DNA of 64,000 bases from Minisyncoccota bacterium (GCA_031413715.1 JANOFO010000007.1:26338-90337); one strand, 5' to 3'. Numbered from the stretch's first letter, positions 1 to 10,384 are shown. Translations and numbers: made by a program. The notes: a model not told the origin generated them from the letters alone.

Positions 1-652
1 ATTCACCAACTAGCTCGAGTATTCCTACGAAGAACATAATCGGAGCAGAAATAAGGATTGCAGGCTCTTTGCGAACCTTCTTTATCACTTCCCCGAACGC
101 CTTCAGATTAACATATTTATTGAACATTTTCCATACTCCGATTGATAGAATTCCGAAGACATTGGATCCGATAACCGCAACGAGACCAAGCGCCAATGTC
201 GTATTTATATCAGCAGTACCGCTTCGTATGAACGGAATAAATGCCTTGCCATGCTCTGTCATCTCTATAATGCCAAAGCCTCCGAGTGGGAGTATTCCAA
301 ACCAGTTATTAATAAGCACGAATATAAAGATGGTAAAGGCGAGTGGAAATACTTTTGCAGTTATCTTCTTGTCGCCTGTGACTGAGTCTGCTAAATTCAT
401 AGCGCCATCAATAATAAATTCAAAGAAATTCTGAATGCCTTTTGGAATTTGCTTCATCTTAATCCTAAGTACAACAGAAAAAATGATAACTAGCGCCACT
501 ACCAGCCATGTGGTAAAAAGTGCGTTGGTAACTGGAAGCGGACCGATATGCCCGATAGGCTCGGCATAAAGTGTCGCTTCATGAGAAATTTCTTCATGAG
601 TTTCTACCGTGGCTTCTGTATTTTTATTTTCTAAATTAATTGGTTCCGTCAT
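1..652 (-). CDS. atpB: F0F1 ATP synthase subunit a (partial, runs off the window start)
   Basis: Manual translation from ATG at 652: MTEPINLENK...LYAEPIGHIGPLPVTNALFTTWLVV...PKGIQNFFEFII...GTADINTTLALG; lies downstream of an AtpZ-like gene. Not in the ORF track. Confidence 0.9.
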   Translation of the reverse strand, partial: MTEPINLENKNTEATVETHEEISHEATLYAEPIGHIGPLPVTNALFTTWLVVALVIIFSVVLRIKMKQIPKGIQNFFEFIIDGAMNLADSVTGDKKITAKVFPLAFTIFIFVLINNWFGILPLGGFGIIEMTEHGKAFIPFIRSGTADINTTLALGLVAVIGSNVFGILSIGVWKMFNKYVNLKAFGEVIKKVRKEPAILISAPIMFFVGILELVGE

Positions 653-896
653 CTTTTTCTTTTAAAACCTCCTTATCATATTTCTTAGCTATTTTTACTA
701 TTGCTATCATTGAAAGAGTAAATGATAGTGCAAGCATTACTCCGAGCACCCATGGTGCAGTTCCCCATCTCTTATCCAAATAATTTCCGACTAGTACACT
801 TACCAGTACTGGGAAGATAATCCATGCGGAGATCCTTGTAAAAACCCGCAAATATTCGCTTTTATACCACGATTCTTTTTTATTGTTATTTTCCAT
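636..896 (-). CDS. AtpZ/AtpI-family small membrane protein
   Basis: 86 aa with two TM helices and the GNYLDKRWGTAPW motif; overlaps the atpB start. Confidence 0.8.
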   Translation of the reverse strand: MENNNKKESWYKSEYLRVFTRISAWIIFPVLVSVLVGNYLDKRWGTAPWVLGVMLALSFTLSMIAIVKIAKKYDKEVLKEKDDGTN

Positions 897-1045
897 ATAA
901 AAAATGCTTTATGGGAAGGTAATCTCGCCCACGGCACGTGATTGGTGGTTTGTAAACAAACAGCACCAATCCTTCGATTCCTTCTCGCAAAGAGAGCAGT
1001 CTCTTTGCTCATACGAACATAGAAAATTCTTTCAATTTTCTATTG

Positions 1046-1117
1046 TGCGTGTGGAAGGAATCGAACCTTCGACCTCTGTCTTATCAGGACAGCGTTCTAC
1101 CACTGAACTACACACGC
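1046..1117 (-). tRNA. tRNA-Ile(GAT), no encoded CCA
   Basis: Reverse complement GCGTGTGTAGTTCAGTGGTAGAACG-CTGTC-CTGATAA-GACAG-AGGTCGAAGGTTCGATTCCTTCCACACGCA folds as a cloverleaf with anticodon GAT. Confidence 0.95.
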
Positions 1118-1182
1118 ATAATCAAAAATACACGCCAAAAGCGTCACCACCAATATATCAACAAAATGCTTGTTTTGCAAAC

Positions 1183-1212
1183 AAAAATACTCTCAAATTT
1201 GAGAGTATTTTT
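1183..1212. terminator. Perfect 30-bp palindrome, likely intrinsic terminator of the RRM gene
   Basis: aaaaatactctcaaa/tttgagagtattttt. Confidence 0.65.
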
Positions 1213-1238
1213 ATGATAGAGATTTTAGATAATTTTAA

Positions 1239-1529
1239 TTATCTGTTTCCGCGGAATCCGCCACCACCTTGTGGGCGCTCTTCCATTGGACGAGCTTCGT
1301 TGACGGTGAGGTTACGACCTTCGTAATCCTTGCCATCAAACATTGAGATAGCTGTCGCAGCATCGGCATCGTTTTCCATTTCTACGAAACCAAAGCCTTT
1401 TGAACGGCCGGTCATCTTATCCATGATAATAGTTGCTGATGCAACAGGACCTGCTTGCTCAAAGTGTGCCTTGAGCTCGTCGTTAGTAGTCTTGTAAGGA
1501 AGACCACCGACGTATAACTTTTTTGCCAT
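1239..1529 (-). CDS. RRM (RNP-1) RNA-binding protein with Gly-rich tail
   Basis: KKLYVGGL (RNP2) and RSKGFGFVEM (RNP1); start trimmed to MAKKLYV. Confidence 0.92.
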   Translation of the reverse strand: MAKKLYVGGLPYKTTNDELKAHFEQAGPVASATIIMDKMTGRSKGFGFVEMENDADAATAISMFDGKDYEGRNLTVNEARPMEERPQGGGGFRGNR

Positions 1530-1736
1530 ATATGACAATGTGCTTCTCATAGTAATACTTGCATATCTACTACTCGAAGAAAACTAATTTATAAATGTAA
1601 TCGCATGACTGCCTGATTTCATTTACATGCCTCAATGTTTAAAACAACGAAGTATGAAACAATAACCAAAACGTGTGCTAACTACGTAGAGGAAATGATA
1701 CCATGAAATAGTAGCAAGTAGCAAGTGGTGCGTATT

Positions 1737-2711
1737 CTATTCCTCCGCTGCATCTTCCGACGCATCTGAATCAGATGTTTCGGACGAACCTATCACTCCA
1801 GCTTGCATAGCGTCTATTATTTTATTTAAATTCCCACTCATTATACCCGGTATGTTGGACCATGATTGCTTGATCCGGTGATCGGTGACGCGGTCTTGAG
1901 GGAAATTATATGTACGGATTTTCTCACTACGGTCAGCTGTACCTATTTGGGCCTTTCTGTCACCTGAATATTTTTTAGCCTCTTCTTCATCTTGCATCAT
2001 TTGTAATTTTGCTATCAAGATGCTCATGGCTTTCTCGCGGTTACCGAGCTGGTTGCGCTCGCTTGTTGATCGTACGTCGATACCAGTTGGTTTATGAATG
2101 AGTCGAACCGCAGTTTCAACTTTGTTTACGTTCTGGCCACCAGCACCACCACTTCGAGAATATTCCATATCAAGATCTGCAGGATTGATAACAATCTTGC
2201 TCTTCTTTCGTATTGGCAGTATGGCTACCGATGCGGTTGATGTATGAATGCGTCCATTTTTTTCAGTGGCAGGTATGCGCTGGACTCGATGAACACCGGT
2301 TTCATAGCGTAGAAGTTTGTACACATCTTTTCCTTTGATCTCAAGTGTGTATTCATCAAGATGCTTTGCATTCCATCCTCGATTGTCTGCAAATCGCTCA
2401 TACATGGCTACAAGCTCAAGAGCAAAAAGTGACGCTTCATCGCCACCTGCTCCAGCCCGAGCTTCGAGGACAATCTCATTTGGAAATTCTTCCTCCTCTG
2501 TATCTGCTTTCATAATCTCTTCAAGTTGACGCTCGATAGCTTCTTTTTGGAAATTAATATTCTGTAGCTCTTCATCTGCAAGATCACGCAATGAGACATC
2601 TTGCGCTATCATGTCATTTACTTTCTTTTCCTCGGAAAGTAAACGCTCATATTCGCCTGCGAAATAGCTTGTCTTGTGGTCTTTCTTTAATTCTTCTAAA
2701 TCAAAATTCAT
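1737..2711 (-). CDS. prfA: Peptide chain release factor 1
   Basis: [10 protein letters not shown] (PxT motif of RF1), [30 protein letters not shown]. Confidence 0.95.
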   Translation of the reverse strand: MNFDLEELKKDHKTSYFAGEYERLLSEEKKVNDMIAQDVSLRDLADEELQNINFQKEAIERQLEEIMKADTEEEEFPNEIVLEARAGAGGDEASLFALELVAMYERFADNRGWNAKHLDEYTLEIKGKDVYKLLRYETGVHRVQRIPATEKNGRIHTSTASVAILPIRKKSKIVINPADLDMEYSRSGGAGGQNVNKVETAVRLIHKPTGIDVRSTSERNQLGNREKAMSILIAKLQMMQDEEEAKKYSGDRKAQIGTADRSEKIRTYNFPQDRVTDHRIKQSWSNIPGIMSGNLNKIIDAMQAGVIGSSETSDSDASEDAAEE

Positions 2712-2723
2712 TTGGGTATTATA

Positions 2724-2846
2724 ACAAAATTTCTAAAATAGTCCTTGAGCAGGAACTTGCGGAGGCGCGACTGGCCCTGAGCAGAGCAGCAAATCGAGCA
2801 CGATTTGACGCGTGTCCTGTGAGAGGAGCTATTTTAGAAATTTTGT
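2724..2846. repeat. 123-bp element with perfect 18-bp terminal inverted repeats and a GC-rich structured interior
   Basis: acaaaatttctaaaatag ... ctattttagaaattttgt; inner pairs tcct/agga, cagga/tcctg and caaatcg/cgatttg. Confidence 0.75.
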
Positions 2847-2855
2847 GAGAAGAAA

Positions 2856-3068
2856 TTATTTCTTTTTTGCAACTGCTGCTCGTTTCTTGAAACGATCTAC
2901 ACGGCCAGCTGTGTCGATAACTTTTTCATTGCCTGTATAGAATGGATGGCATTGACTACAGATTTCCACATTGATTTCGTCCATTGTTGAACCTACGGCA
3001 AATGTCGCTCCGCATGCGCAGATAACTTTAGAGGTGTTGTTGTATTTAGGGTGTATATCTTTTTTCAT
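2856..3068 (-). CDS. rpmE: 50S ribosomal protein L31 (zinc-binding form)
   Basis: MKKDIHPKY...CACG...[12 protein letters not shown]. Confidence 0.97.
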   Translation of the reverse strand: MKKDIHPKYNNTSKVICACGATFAVGSTMDEINVEICSQCHPFYTGNEKVIDTAGRVDRFKKRAAVAKKK

Positions 3069-3093
3069 ATTGCGCTATAGTAGCACGAAATTA

Positions 3094-4464
3094 TTAGTCT
3101 TGCAACGGGTCAATCATTTTTGTCTGAATATTAGCCATTTTTGCCATAACCTGCTTGCCATATGAACAGCTAGAACCTCCAGAACCATAATACTTACAAG
3201 CTGCTTTGATTTGAGCAGTGTAGCTATCGCCTACACCACCGAGTTCTGCCAAGAATAGCGATGAGGCCATAAAGGCATCACGAGGGTTCCACGGATCCGG
3301 CGTATTGATACCGAGAGCACTTGCTACCCGCTTTGCCATTCCTTTCCAAGTGGATGGTATAAACTGAGCTGGCCCCATGGCACCTCCCCAGCTTGAAGCT
3401 CCAGCTGAAGCGATGGGGCATGACACAAGAGTTTTAGCACTATCGCGTCCGAGAGCAAGAGTAATATCATTAAATGGACCTACATCACGCGTAGGCTTCA
3501 TGACGTTTGGATATGTTTTACCGGTTTTCGAATTTACTCCAGAGCCAGTTGTTGGATTGGTGAGGTAGCATGAGCCTTGGTTGGCGCCAAGATTGCTTTC
3601 TTGAGTAAAAATGGCAAGGACAAGCGCAGGAGATACGCCACTGACCTTGGAAGCAGTTGTAGCGTATTCGAGAGCTTTACCAAATGGAATAGCTGCAGCA
3701 TCTCGTACATTAAAAAGCATGGCAAGTATTTCTGATCTCCGCTTGGCCTTGTCGGCAAGCACTTGCTGGTAAGTCTTTACTTTACTATTACTCACTTTTA
3801 AGAGCTCCTGCTTCTCTGCTTCGTTCGTCTCCACTTGCTTTTTAGCAGTTTCAAGCTTTACTTTTGTGTCGGTTTCTTGATTCTTCTTTTGTTCAAGTGT
3901 CTTCTTCTCGGACTCTGTTTGTGATTTTATTCCTCTGATCTCGTCTACTGATTCTTTAATGCCTTCTTTTAGTGAAGCAAACGCTTCTACGTCGCCATAA
4001 GCTTCTGAAATGGTATCCTTTGAAAGGATAAATGCAAGGAGAGATCTGTCGTCAATTTCTCTGTCCTTTCGTATTAGCTGTGCAAGCGACTCCTTTTCAG
4101 TTTCTATTTTTGTGACAAGTGTCGTGATCTTTTTGTTCTTTTCAGTGATTTCTCCGCCCAGTTTTTTAATAACCAGCCCTTTGGCTTGAATATCGAGTTT
4201 TGATTTTTTAATCTGAGTCGTAAGTACGGCTATATCGCGCGAAAGAGAGGTCGACTGACCTTTCTGGGCATCAAGCTCTTTCTGTTTCTGAGCAATCTCT
4301 TGTTCTAATCCGGAAAGCTCTGCTTCTAAGCGAGCTCTATCGGCTTGAGCGTTTTGTAGCGCCTGATCGGCAGCCAATACGTTTCTTGGGATAGTGCTAA
4401 TGCTGCTAAAAATTAATATTATGATTAAGATACAAGAAAAAAAATATTGAATACGGTGATTCAT
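3094..4464 (-). CDS. Secreted coiled-coil protein with C-terminal lytic transglycosylase domain
   Basis: Signal/TM N-terminus, ~220 aa coiled coil, then LAIFTQES, GAMGPAQFIPSTW and DPWNPRDA. Confidence 0.8.
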   Translation of the reverse strand: MNHRIQYFFSCILIIILIFSSISTIPRNVLAADQALQNAQADRARLEAELSGLEQEIAQKQKELDAQKGQSTSLSRDIAVLTTQIKKSKLDIQAKGLVIKKLGGEITEKNKKITTLVTKIETEKESLAQLIRKDREIDDRSLLAFILSKDTISEAYGDVEAFASLKEGIKESVDEIRGIKSQTESEKKTLEQKKNQETDTKVKLETAKKQVETNEAEKQELLKVSNSKVKTYQQVLADKAKRRSEILAMLFNVRDAAAIPFGKALEYATTASKVSGVSPALVLAIFTQESNLGANQGSCYLTNPTTGSGVNSKTGKTYPNVMKPTRDVGPFNDITLALGRDSAKTLVSCPIASAGASSWGGAMGPAQFIPSTWKGMAKRVASALGINTPDPWNPRDAFMASSLFLAELGGVGDSYTAQIKAACKYYGSGGSSCSYGKQVMAKMANIQTKMIDPLQD

Positions 4465-4479
4465 ACCTTCTATTATATC

Positions 4480-4521
4480 ATATACTAAAATCCCTATATA
4501 AATATAGGGATTTTAGTATAT
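4480..4521. terminator. Palindromic terminator downstream of rplY
   Basis: atatactaaaatccctatat-aa-atatagggattttagtatat. Confidence 0.65.
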
Positions 4522-4538
4522 AGTGTAATGATAATTTT

Positions 4539-5192
4539 TTATTCAGGTTTAGCGTCAGAATCTCCTTCAGTACCCTCTTCATCTTTCTTGCCTCTCTTCT
4601 CTACCTCAATTGCTGAGAGATCTATAGGTGCTTCCTCTACTGGCTCTTCTTTGATGACAGAAACAAGAGCGACAACTTCATCAACACCTGTCTTCATGGT
4701 TACGCCTTTTGGAAGTACCAAATCTCGAACATGTATCTGATTTTCTAGAGTCTCAAGTGGTGACACATCGACACTTATAGCATGAGGCAAATCCTTTGGA
4801 AGAGCCTCTATTTCCACTTCGTGGAGAACTTTAACAAGGACGCCTAAGCCATTTTTCTCTGCAGGAGCAATACCTGTAAATTCAAGTGGAACCTTGACCA
4901 CTACTGGTTTGTTCATATCAATTGCCAAGAAATCTATATGCACCGGAAATCCTTTGATCGGATCTACTTGAACTTCGTGGATAAGAACATCGATTTTCTT
5001 TCCGTCGACTTCGACAATTATCGTACTTGACTCACCTGCTTCCTTGAACACTTTATTGAATGCGACACTCGGTACGGAAATAGACATATTTTCCACGCGA
5101 GCGCCATAGACGACTGCCGGCACCATACCGTTACTTCGTAGGGTTGCGAGCTTGTCAGCCTTACTTCGCTTTGTTGCGGTTAATGTTTGCAT
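4539..5192 (-). CDS. rplY: 50S ribosomal protein L25/CTC
   Basis: GMVPAVVYG, VQVDPIKGFPVHIDF, LPKDLPHAISVDVS; start moved to MQTLTATKR, which lies 7 nt after TGCTATCAT. Confidence 0.95.
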   Translation of the reverse strand: MQTLTATKRSKADKLATLRSNGMVPAVVYGARVENMSISVPSVAFNKVFKEAGESSTIIVEVDGKKIDVLIHEVQVDPIKGFPVHIDFLAIDMNKPVVVKVPLEFTGIAPAEKNGLGVLVKVLHEVEIEALPKDLPHAISVDVSPLETLENQIHVRDLVLPKGVTMKTGVDEVVALVSVIKEEPVEEAPIDLSAIEVEKRGKKDEEGTEGDSDAKPE

Positions 5193-5253
5193 AGGCGTGA
5201 TGATAGCATAAAAAAAAGATAAGAGCAAATAAAATCCCTACGTTCTCACTATC

Positions 5254-5748
5254 TTATCTATTTTTTATTTTGAGGATGTAGGCAGGCACGATTTCCCCAC
5301 TTATATACCTATCTCGAATTTTCTTTGGTAGCGAAGAAAATTTCTTAATTATTTTTCTGCAATTTTTGCTTCCGCAATTGCATTTCATGATCCACATATC
5401 ATCATTGGCAAGTACTGTCGAATAGTCGAATGAAACCTCTCTGCTTTTTAGAATATTTTTAATTGCAATTATTAGGAGCTTATTATTTCTTTTAATTATT
5501 TTAGTGTTTGGATTACATGAATGATTTATATAGTCTCCGATCTTGCCTTTCGGACTTAGGAATTTATCATTATTGAATCTAATAGTATTTGATCTTGTTT
5601 TTTCATCCACTTCCTCATCTTCCTCGCAAGTAATAAGCTTGCCAGTAAATCTAAAAAGAATGTCGCCAGCTGATACGGCTTTTTTAAGGAAAATTCCTTT
5701 TCCATTTCTTGATTTCTTAACATAAAGTAATTTATTTTCTTTTTTCAT
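5254..5748 (-). CDS. SET-domain protein (putative lysine N-methyltransferase) with post-SET Cys motif
   Basis: GKGIF, YINHSCNPN, EVSFDYS, CNCGSKNC. Confidence 0.9.
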   Translation of the reverse strand: MKKENKLLYVKKSRNGKGIFLKKAVSAGDILFRFTGKLITCEEDEEVDEKTRSNTIRFNNDKFLSPKGKIGDYINHSCNPNTKIIKRNNKLLIIAIKNILKSREVSFDYSTVLANDDMWIMKCNCGSKNCRKIIKKFSSLPKKIRDRYISGEIVPAYILKIKNR

Positions 5749-5763
5749 AATTTAAATGCTATT

Positions 5764-7290
5764 TTATTCTAGCTCAGTTGTCGCAGGAGGCTTCGGTGTT
5801 TCGTCAAAGAAAACACGATTAAAACCATGCTTCGTAACTTCTGTGATTATTGCCTTGCGCAGATCACTAGGAATTTCCAAACCTTTCACAGTCATGAAAT
5901 CGGTAGAAGAAACAGTGCGGACAACTATAGGGTAATTGTATGATCTGGAATCCCCTTGCACGCCAACAGTCTTTGATCCAAGTAAAGCAACAACTATTTG
6001 TGATATCTCCTTGTAAAAATGACTTGTCTTTAAAATACCTGTAACAAGGTGATCGGCAAGTCTGACTTTCTCTATAAGTTCTTCTGTAACAGGCGTACCT
6101 ACTATACGTACGAAAAGTCCTGGTCCAGGGAAAGGCTTCCTCTCGCTGATTGCACTTTCTAGTTTGATTGTGCGAGCTATTTCTCTGACTTCATGTTTGA
6201 ATAAATGAGCAAATGGAGTAATTTCTTTAATTCCAAAATCCAAGCCTACATTGTGATGAGATTTTATCTTGCTTGCTCCTCCAAGATGTCCTGACTCTAT
6301 TAAATCTGTAGCAAGTGTTCCTTGCAGTATATGGGTAATTTTATTCTCTTCAATTATTTTTTTAAAAATTCTCTGATATATTTCTTTAAATAATCTTCTT
6401 TTCTCTTCAGCATCAATCTCATCTTTAAGGTTTTCAAAAAACTCATTCTTGGCATTAACGACATGCAAATCTATCTTGGCTCTCTTGCATGTCTCCTGTA
6501 CCTCTTCAACTTCTTTCCACCGCATAGCGCCTGTATCAATAAGAAAGGCAAATAAATGCTTCCCCATGGAAGGAGCAAGTAGCCCTGCAAGTGTTGTAGA
6601 ATCTACTCCACCTGAGACTCCAATAGCTGCTTTACCATTTCCTACTTCATCTAAAACTTTCTTTTGTATTCCTAGAATTATATCACTGGCTTCCCAATCT
6701 TTCTCACAACTACAGATATCTTTTGCAAAATTTTTAAGTATCAGGTTATTATCTTGTGTTTCGGTAACTTCTGGATGAAATTGAACAGCATATAATTTCT
6801 TCTGAGCATTTTCCATTGCCTCTATTACATTCTCAGACTTTGCGGTAACGGTAAACCCTAGAGGTGCGCTTTTTACAATATCACCATGACTTGCCCAAAC
6901 CCTAAGCTTATCTCCCAGTCCTTTGAAAAGTTCACTCTGCGAAAGAGTAATCTCGATTGGACCGTACTCTTTATTGCTATTCTCTACTCCAGTAACCAAA
7001 GATTTATCAGAGTGATATGCCAGATACTGCATTCCGAAACATATACCGAGTATTGGAATATTTAATGCAAAAATTTCGTCAGGAATAACAGGCGCATCAG
7101 TATCATAAACACTTGCTGCGCCACCTGAGAGGATTATTCCTTTTGGTTTGGAATGTTTTAAAAATTGAGATACATTGTCAGGTTTTAAAATTACTGACTT
7201 AAATCCTAAAGTTAAAAGTTCTCGTGCGATTACGCTCGTATATTGTGAGCCAAGATCAACAATTATTAACTGAGTAGGATTATTTTCCAT
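5764..7290 (-). CDS. guaA: GMP synthase (glutamine-hydrolysing)
   Basis: DLGSQYT, PILGICFGMQ, QFHPEV, SGGVDS, IKSHHNVG, PFPGPGL, KPPATTE. Confidence 0.97.
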   Translation of the reverse strand: MENNPTQLIIVDLGSQYTSVIARELLTLGFKSVILKPDNVSQFLKHSKPKGIILSGGAASVYDTDAPVIPDEIFALNIPILGICFGMQYLAYHSDKSLVTGVENSNKEYGPIEITLSQSELFKGLGDKLRVWASHGDIVKSAPLGFTVTAKSENVIEAMENAQKKLYAVQFHPEVTETQDNNLILKNFAKDICSCEKDWEASDIILGIQKKVLDEVGNGKAAIGVSGGVDSTTLAGLLAPSMGKHLFAFLIDTGAMRWKEVEEVQETCKRAKIDLHVVNAKNEFFENLKDEIDAEEKRRLFKEIYQRIFKKIIEENKITHILQGTLATDLIESGHLGGASKIKSHHNVGLDFGIKEITPFAHLFKHEVREIARTIKLESAISERKPFPGPGLFVRIVGTPVTEELIEKVRLADHLVTGILKTSHFYKEISQIVVALLGSKTVGVQGDSRSYNYPIVVRTVSSTDFMTVKGLEIPSDLRKAIITEVTKHGFNRVFFDETPKPPATTELE

Positions 7291-7291
7291 T

Positions 7292-8695
7292 TTACAAAAG
7301 TTTTATTTTCTCTATCATTTCACTACGGGCGGGGCCGGTAGAAATAAAGGCAATTTGTACACCTAATTCTTTCTCGATGAATTCTAGGTATTCTTTAGCC
7401 TCAATTGGTAGTTCATTATACGATGTGCATCCCTTTGTGCTCTTTTTCCAACCTGGAATTTTCTTGTAGACAGGTTTGGATTCATGGAGCTTATCCATAT
7501 CTACATTTTCAAAATTCTCATATTTTATACAAACAGGTATTTCGTCGAGCGTATCTAGGATATCGAGCTTTGTGATTCCTAACATAGTGACACCGTTTAG
7601 CGCTATAGCATATTTTACAAGTGGTAGATCAAGCCATCCACATCTGCGTAACCGTCCAGTTGTTGCTCCATATTCTTTGCCCAGTGTCCGAAGTGCAATT
7701 TCTTGATGGAGTGGATCTGGATCATTAACATCATATAAAAAAGCTTCTTCATCTGCCCTCTTGTGAGATCCTGACCATTTGTATGCTTCCACACCGCCGA
7801 TCTCGGTTGGAAATGGTCCACTTCCTACTCTTGTGCTATATGCTTTGCATATTCCTATAACTTCCCCTATTGATTGTGGAGATATGCCCAAGCCCACACA
7901 TGCGCCGGCGGATGTTGTATGTGATGAAGTCACATCACGTCTGGAACCAAAGCGAACATCAAGAAGTGTGCCTTGTGCTCCTTCAGCTAGAACCTGTTTT
8001 CCGTTTTCAATAGAATCCTGCATAAAATTATGCGAAGAAACAATATTTAAAGTTCTTAGAAATTCAATCCCTTCGAAAAATTTCCTTTCTTCCTCCGCAA
8101 GTTCTTTCTCATCCGGAGTAAAGTTATATTTTTTAACTAATGTGTTTAAGTGAGAGATTTTAATTTCTATATATCTTTTTTTAAATAGTGTGTCATCAAC
8201 AGCTTCATAAACTGACAAGTCATCAGTTCTTCCGTAAAAATCGCTATAAGTAGGACCAATTGCCTTACCAGTCGTACCAATCTTGCCTGCACCACGAGCT
8301 TGCTCTTGAGCGTTATCAATAAACTTTGCCGTAGGTACTACAACAGTCGCTTCTTTGGCAATAAATAAGTTTTCTTTCCACCAAGGAGCTATGTCTTTTA
8401 TCTCCTCAATTTCTTTCTTCATAGAAATTACATCGACATTGACTCCAGCACCGACTAAGTTGAATGTATCTTTCTCGAGTATTCCTGAAGGTAGTGCATG
8501 GAAAACAACTTGTCTTCCGCCGAACTCTATAGAGTGACCAGCATTTGATCCTCCTTGAAAGCGAGCGACGACGAGTTTATGCATACTGCTGAGAAATAAA
8601 ACAAGAAAGTCGATGAACTTTCCCTTGCCCTCATCGCCCCATTGCAATCCAAGGATCACGAGAACTTTTTTCTTTTTGGTATCCGTAGTATTCAT
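7292..8695 (-). CDS. purA: Adenylosuccinate synthetase
   Basis: GLQWGDEGKGK, RFQGGSNAGH, EGAQGTLLD, EYGATTGRLRRCGWLD, TKLDILD. Confidence 0.97.
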   Translation of the reverse strand: MNTTDTKKKKVLVILGLQWGDEGKGKFIDFLVLFLSSMHKLVVARFQGGSNAGHSIEFGGRQVVFHALPSGILEKDTFNLVGAGVNVDVISMKKEIEEIKDIAPWWKENLFIAKEATVVVPTAKFIDNAQEQARGAGKIGTTGKAIGPTYSDFYGRTDDLSVYEAVDDTLFKKRYIEIKISHLNTLVKKYNFTPDEKELAEEERKFFEGIEFLRTLNIVSSHNFMQDSIENGKQVLAEGAQGTLLDVRFGSRRDVTSSHTTSAGACVGLGISPQSIGEVIGICKAYSTRVGSGPFPTEIGGVEAYKWSGSHKRADEEAFLYDVNDPDPLHQEIALRTLGKEYGATTGRLRRCGWLDLPLVKYAIALNGVTMLGITKLDILDTLDEIPVCIKYENFENVDMDKLHESKPVYKKIPGWKKSTKGCTSYNELPIEAKEYLEFIEKELGVQIAFISTGPARSEMIEKIKLL

Positions 8696-10174
8696 TTATT
8701 TTGTGTAATTAGGCGCTTCTTTGGTGATCGTGACATCGTGTGGATGACTCTCGGCCATTCCCGAGGAAGTAATTTTTGTAAATGTAGCATCCCACATATC
8801 TTTGACTGTTTTAGCTCCTATATATCCCATACCTGAGCGCAGGCCACCTATATACTGATATATAATCTCTGCCACTGTACCCTTGAATGGTACAATGCCG
8901 ACGATACCTTCGGGGACGAGTTTTGAATCTTCAAACTCACCTTCCTGAAAGTAGCGGTCATTTGAACCTTCTTTCATAGCCTCAACTGATCCCATACCTC
9001 GGTAACTTTTAAATTTTCGCCCTTCGAGTAGTACAATTTCACCAGGAGACTCTTCGGTACCTGCGAAGAGTGAACCCATCATGACCGATGAAGCACCTCC
9101 GCAAAGTGCTTTAACCATATCGCCACTGTATCTGATGCCTCCATCGGCAATGATAGGAATATCAAATCCGGCTTTATCCAGAGATTCTTTTACATTTATG
9201 ATTGCTGATAGTTGTGGAACTCCAATGCCCGCTATTATACGAGTAGTGCATATTGAGCCAGGACCAACTCCCACTTTGACGGCATCTGCTCCAGCTCGAG
9301 CGAGCGCGACAGCCCCTTCGCCTGTCGCTACATTTCCAACAACAAGCTGCGCATTCTTATAAAGTTTCTTAATTTTTTTAGCTGTATCGATGATATTTTT
9401 AGAATGCCCATGCGCACTATCAAGTACGATAACATCAACACCTGCATCTATGAGAGCCTTCGCATGGATAAGTGCGTCTTTACCAGCACCAATAGCAGCA
9501 CCGACTCGGAGCCTTCCGCGATCGTCCTTGCAGGCATTTGGGTTTGCTTCTTCTTTTTGGATATCTTTGTATGTGATAAGACCTACTAGTTTTCCATTTT
9601 TGTTTACAATTGGAAGCTTCTTGATTTTATTTTGCAGTAGGATTTTCTTAGCTTGTATTAGATTACAGTTCTCTCGAGCAGTGATAAGATTACGGGTCAT
9701 AATAGAACTTACTTTTTTAGATAAGTCAGTCTCTGATCGCATGTCACGGCTCGTAATAATACCGACTAGTTTTTTATTACTATCAATAATTGGCATACCG
9801 CTGATACCTTTCTCTTTCATAAGATTTGTAGCATCGAGAAGTGTTGCAGTTGGTTCGAGAGTGTAGGGATCATGGATGATGCTATTCTCGGAGCGCTTCA
9901 CTTGTCTTACTTGGTCAACTTGGTCTTCAAGAGACATATTCTTGTGTATGATGCCTATTCCGCCACATTGAGCGATAGCAACAGCAAGCCTAGCATCAGT
10001 AACTGTATCCATAGCTGCTGAAATGATAGGTATATTTAAATTTATTTTTTTAGTTAGTCTTGTTGTCGTTACAACACTGCGAGGGTGTATTTCAGAGTAT
10101 CGTGGCAGGATTAAAACATCATCAAATGTTAGAGATTCTACTATTGGAGTGCGTTTCACTGCCTTCTTTTTCAT
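8696..10174 (-). CDS. guaB: IMP dehydrogenase with CBS domains
   Basis: [45 protein letters not shown]. Confidence 0.98.
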   Translation of the reverse strand: MKKKAVKRTPIVESLTFDDVLILPRYSEIHPRSVVTTTRLTKKINLNIPIISAAMDTVTDARLAVAIAQCGGIGIIHKNMSLEDQVDQVRQVKRSENSIIHDPYTLEPTATLLDATNLMKEKGISGMPIIDSNKKLVGIITSRDMRSETDLSKKVSSIMTRNLITARENCNLIQAKKILLQNKIKKLPIVNKNGKLVGLITYKDIQKEEANPNACKDDRGRLRVGAAIGAGKDALIHAKALIDAGVDVIVLDSAHGHSKNIIDTAKKIKKLYKNAQLVVGNVATGEGAVALARAGADAVKVGVGPGSICTTRIIAGIGVPQLSAIINVKESLDKAGFDIPIIADGGIRYSGDMVKALCGGASSVMMGSLFAGTEESPGEIVLLEGRKFKSYRGMGSVEAMKEGSNDRYFQEGEFEDSKLVPEGIVGIVPFKGTVAEIIYQYIGGLRSGMGYIGAKTVKDMWDATFTKITSSGMAESHPHDVTITKEAPNYTK

Positions 10175-10214
10175 AAGAGGAGTATATCATAATAATTTCA
10201 AAAGTAGAATTTGG

Positions 10215-10378
10215 AATAAAAAAATGAGGGTTGGAAAAATTCCAACCCCCTTATTTATTGTTAGCGCTCAAGGTAATGCACTTTATGTATAAAACTTTTA
10301 AAGAAAATAATGGGACCAGAATAGAAATTCAGTCCCGTGTTTCACAAGCCATAATCCTAAAACCTGAGGATTATGTAT
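10215..10378 (-). ncRNA. Candidate ~160-nt structured RNA or attenuator upstream of guaB
   Basis: Lies downstream of a consensus promoter; hairpins cataatcct/aggattatg and gggac..gaat/attc..gtccc; ends in a terminator gggttggaa/ttccaaccc plus a U-tract; only a 7-codon ORF. Confidence 0.45.
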
Positions 10379-10384
10379 GCTCTA

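Noticed and set aside
1609-1621. 13-mer atgactgcctgat shared with the speA leader (minus strand near 46185-46197)
   Set aside because: Matches of this length are expected by chance in 64 kb, and the orientation relative to the genes differs.
7292-8695. PurA as PurZ (2-aminoadenine DNA pathway), given an HD hydrolase in the window
   Set aside because: The catalytic Asp in GDEGKG is canonical (PurZ has Ser), the gene is in a gua operon, and the HD gene is 10 kb away in a sugar cluster.
10215-10378. Canonical guanine/adenine riboswitch
   Set aside because: Fragments such as ATAAT, TATGG and TTTCTA occur, but not in the P1-P2-P3 arrangement; kept only as an unknown structured RNA.
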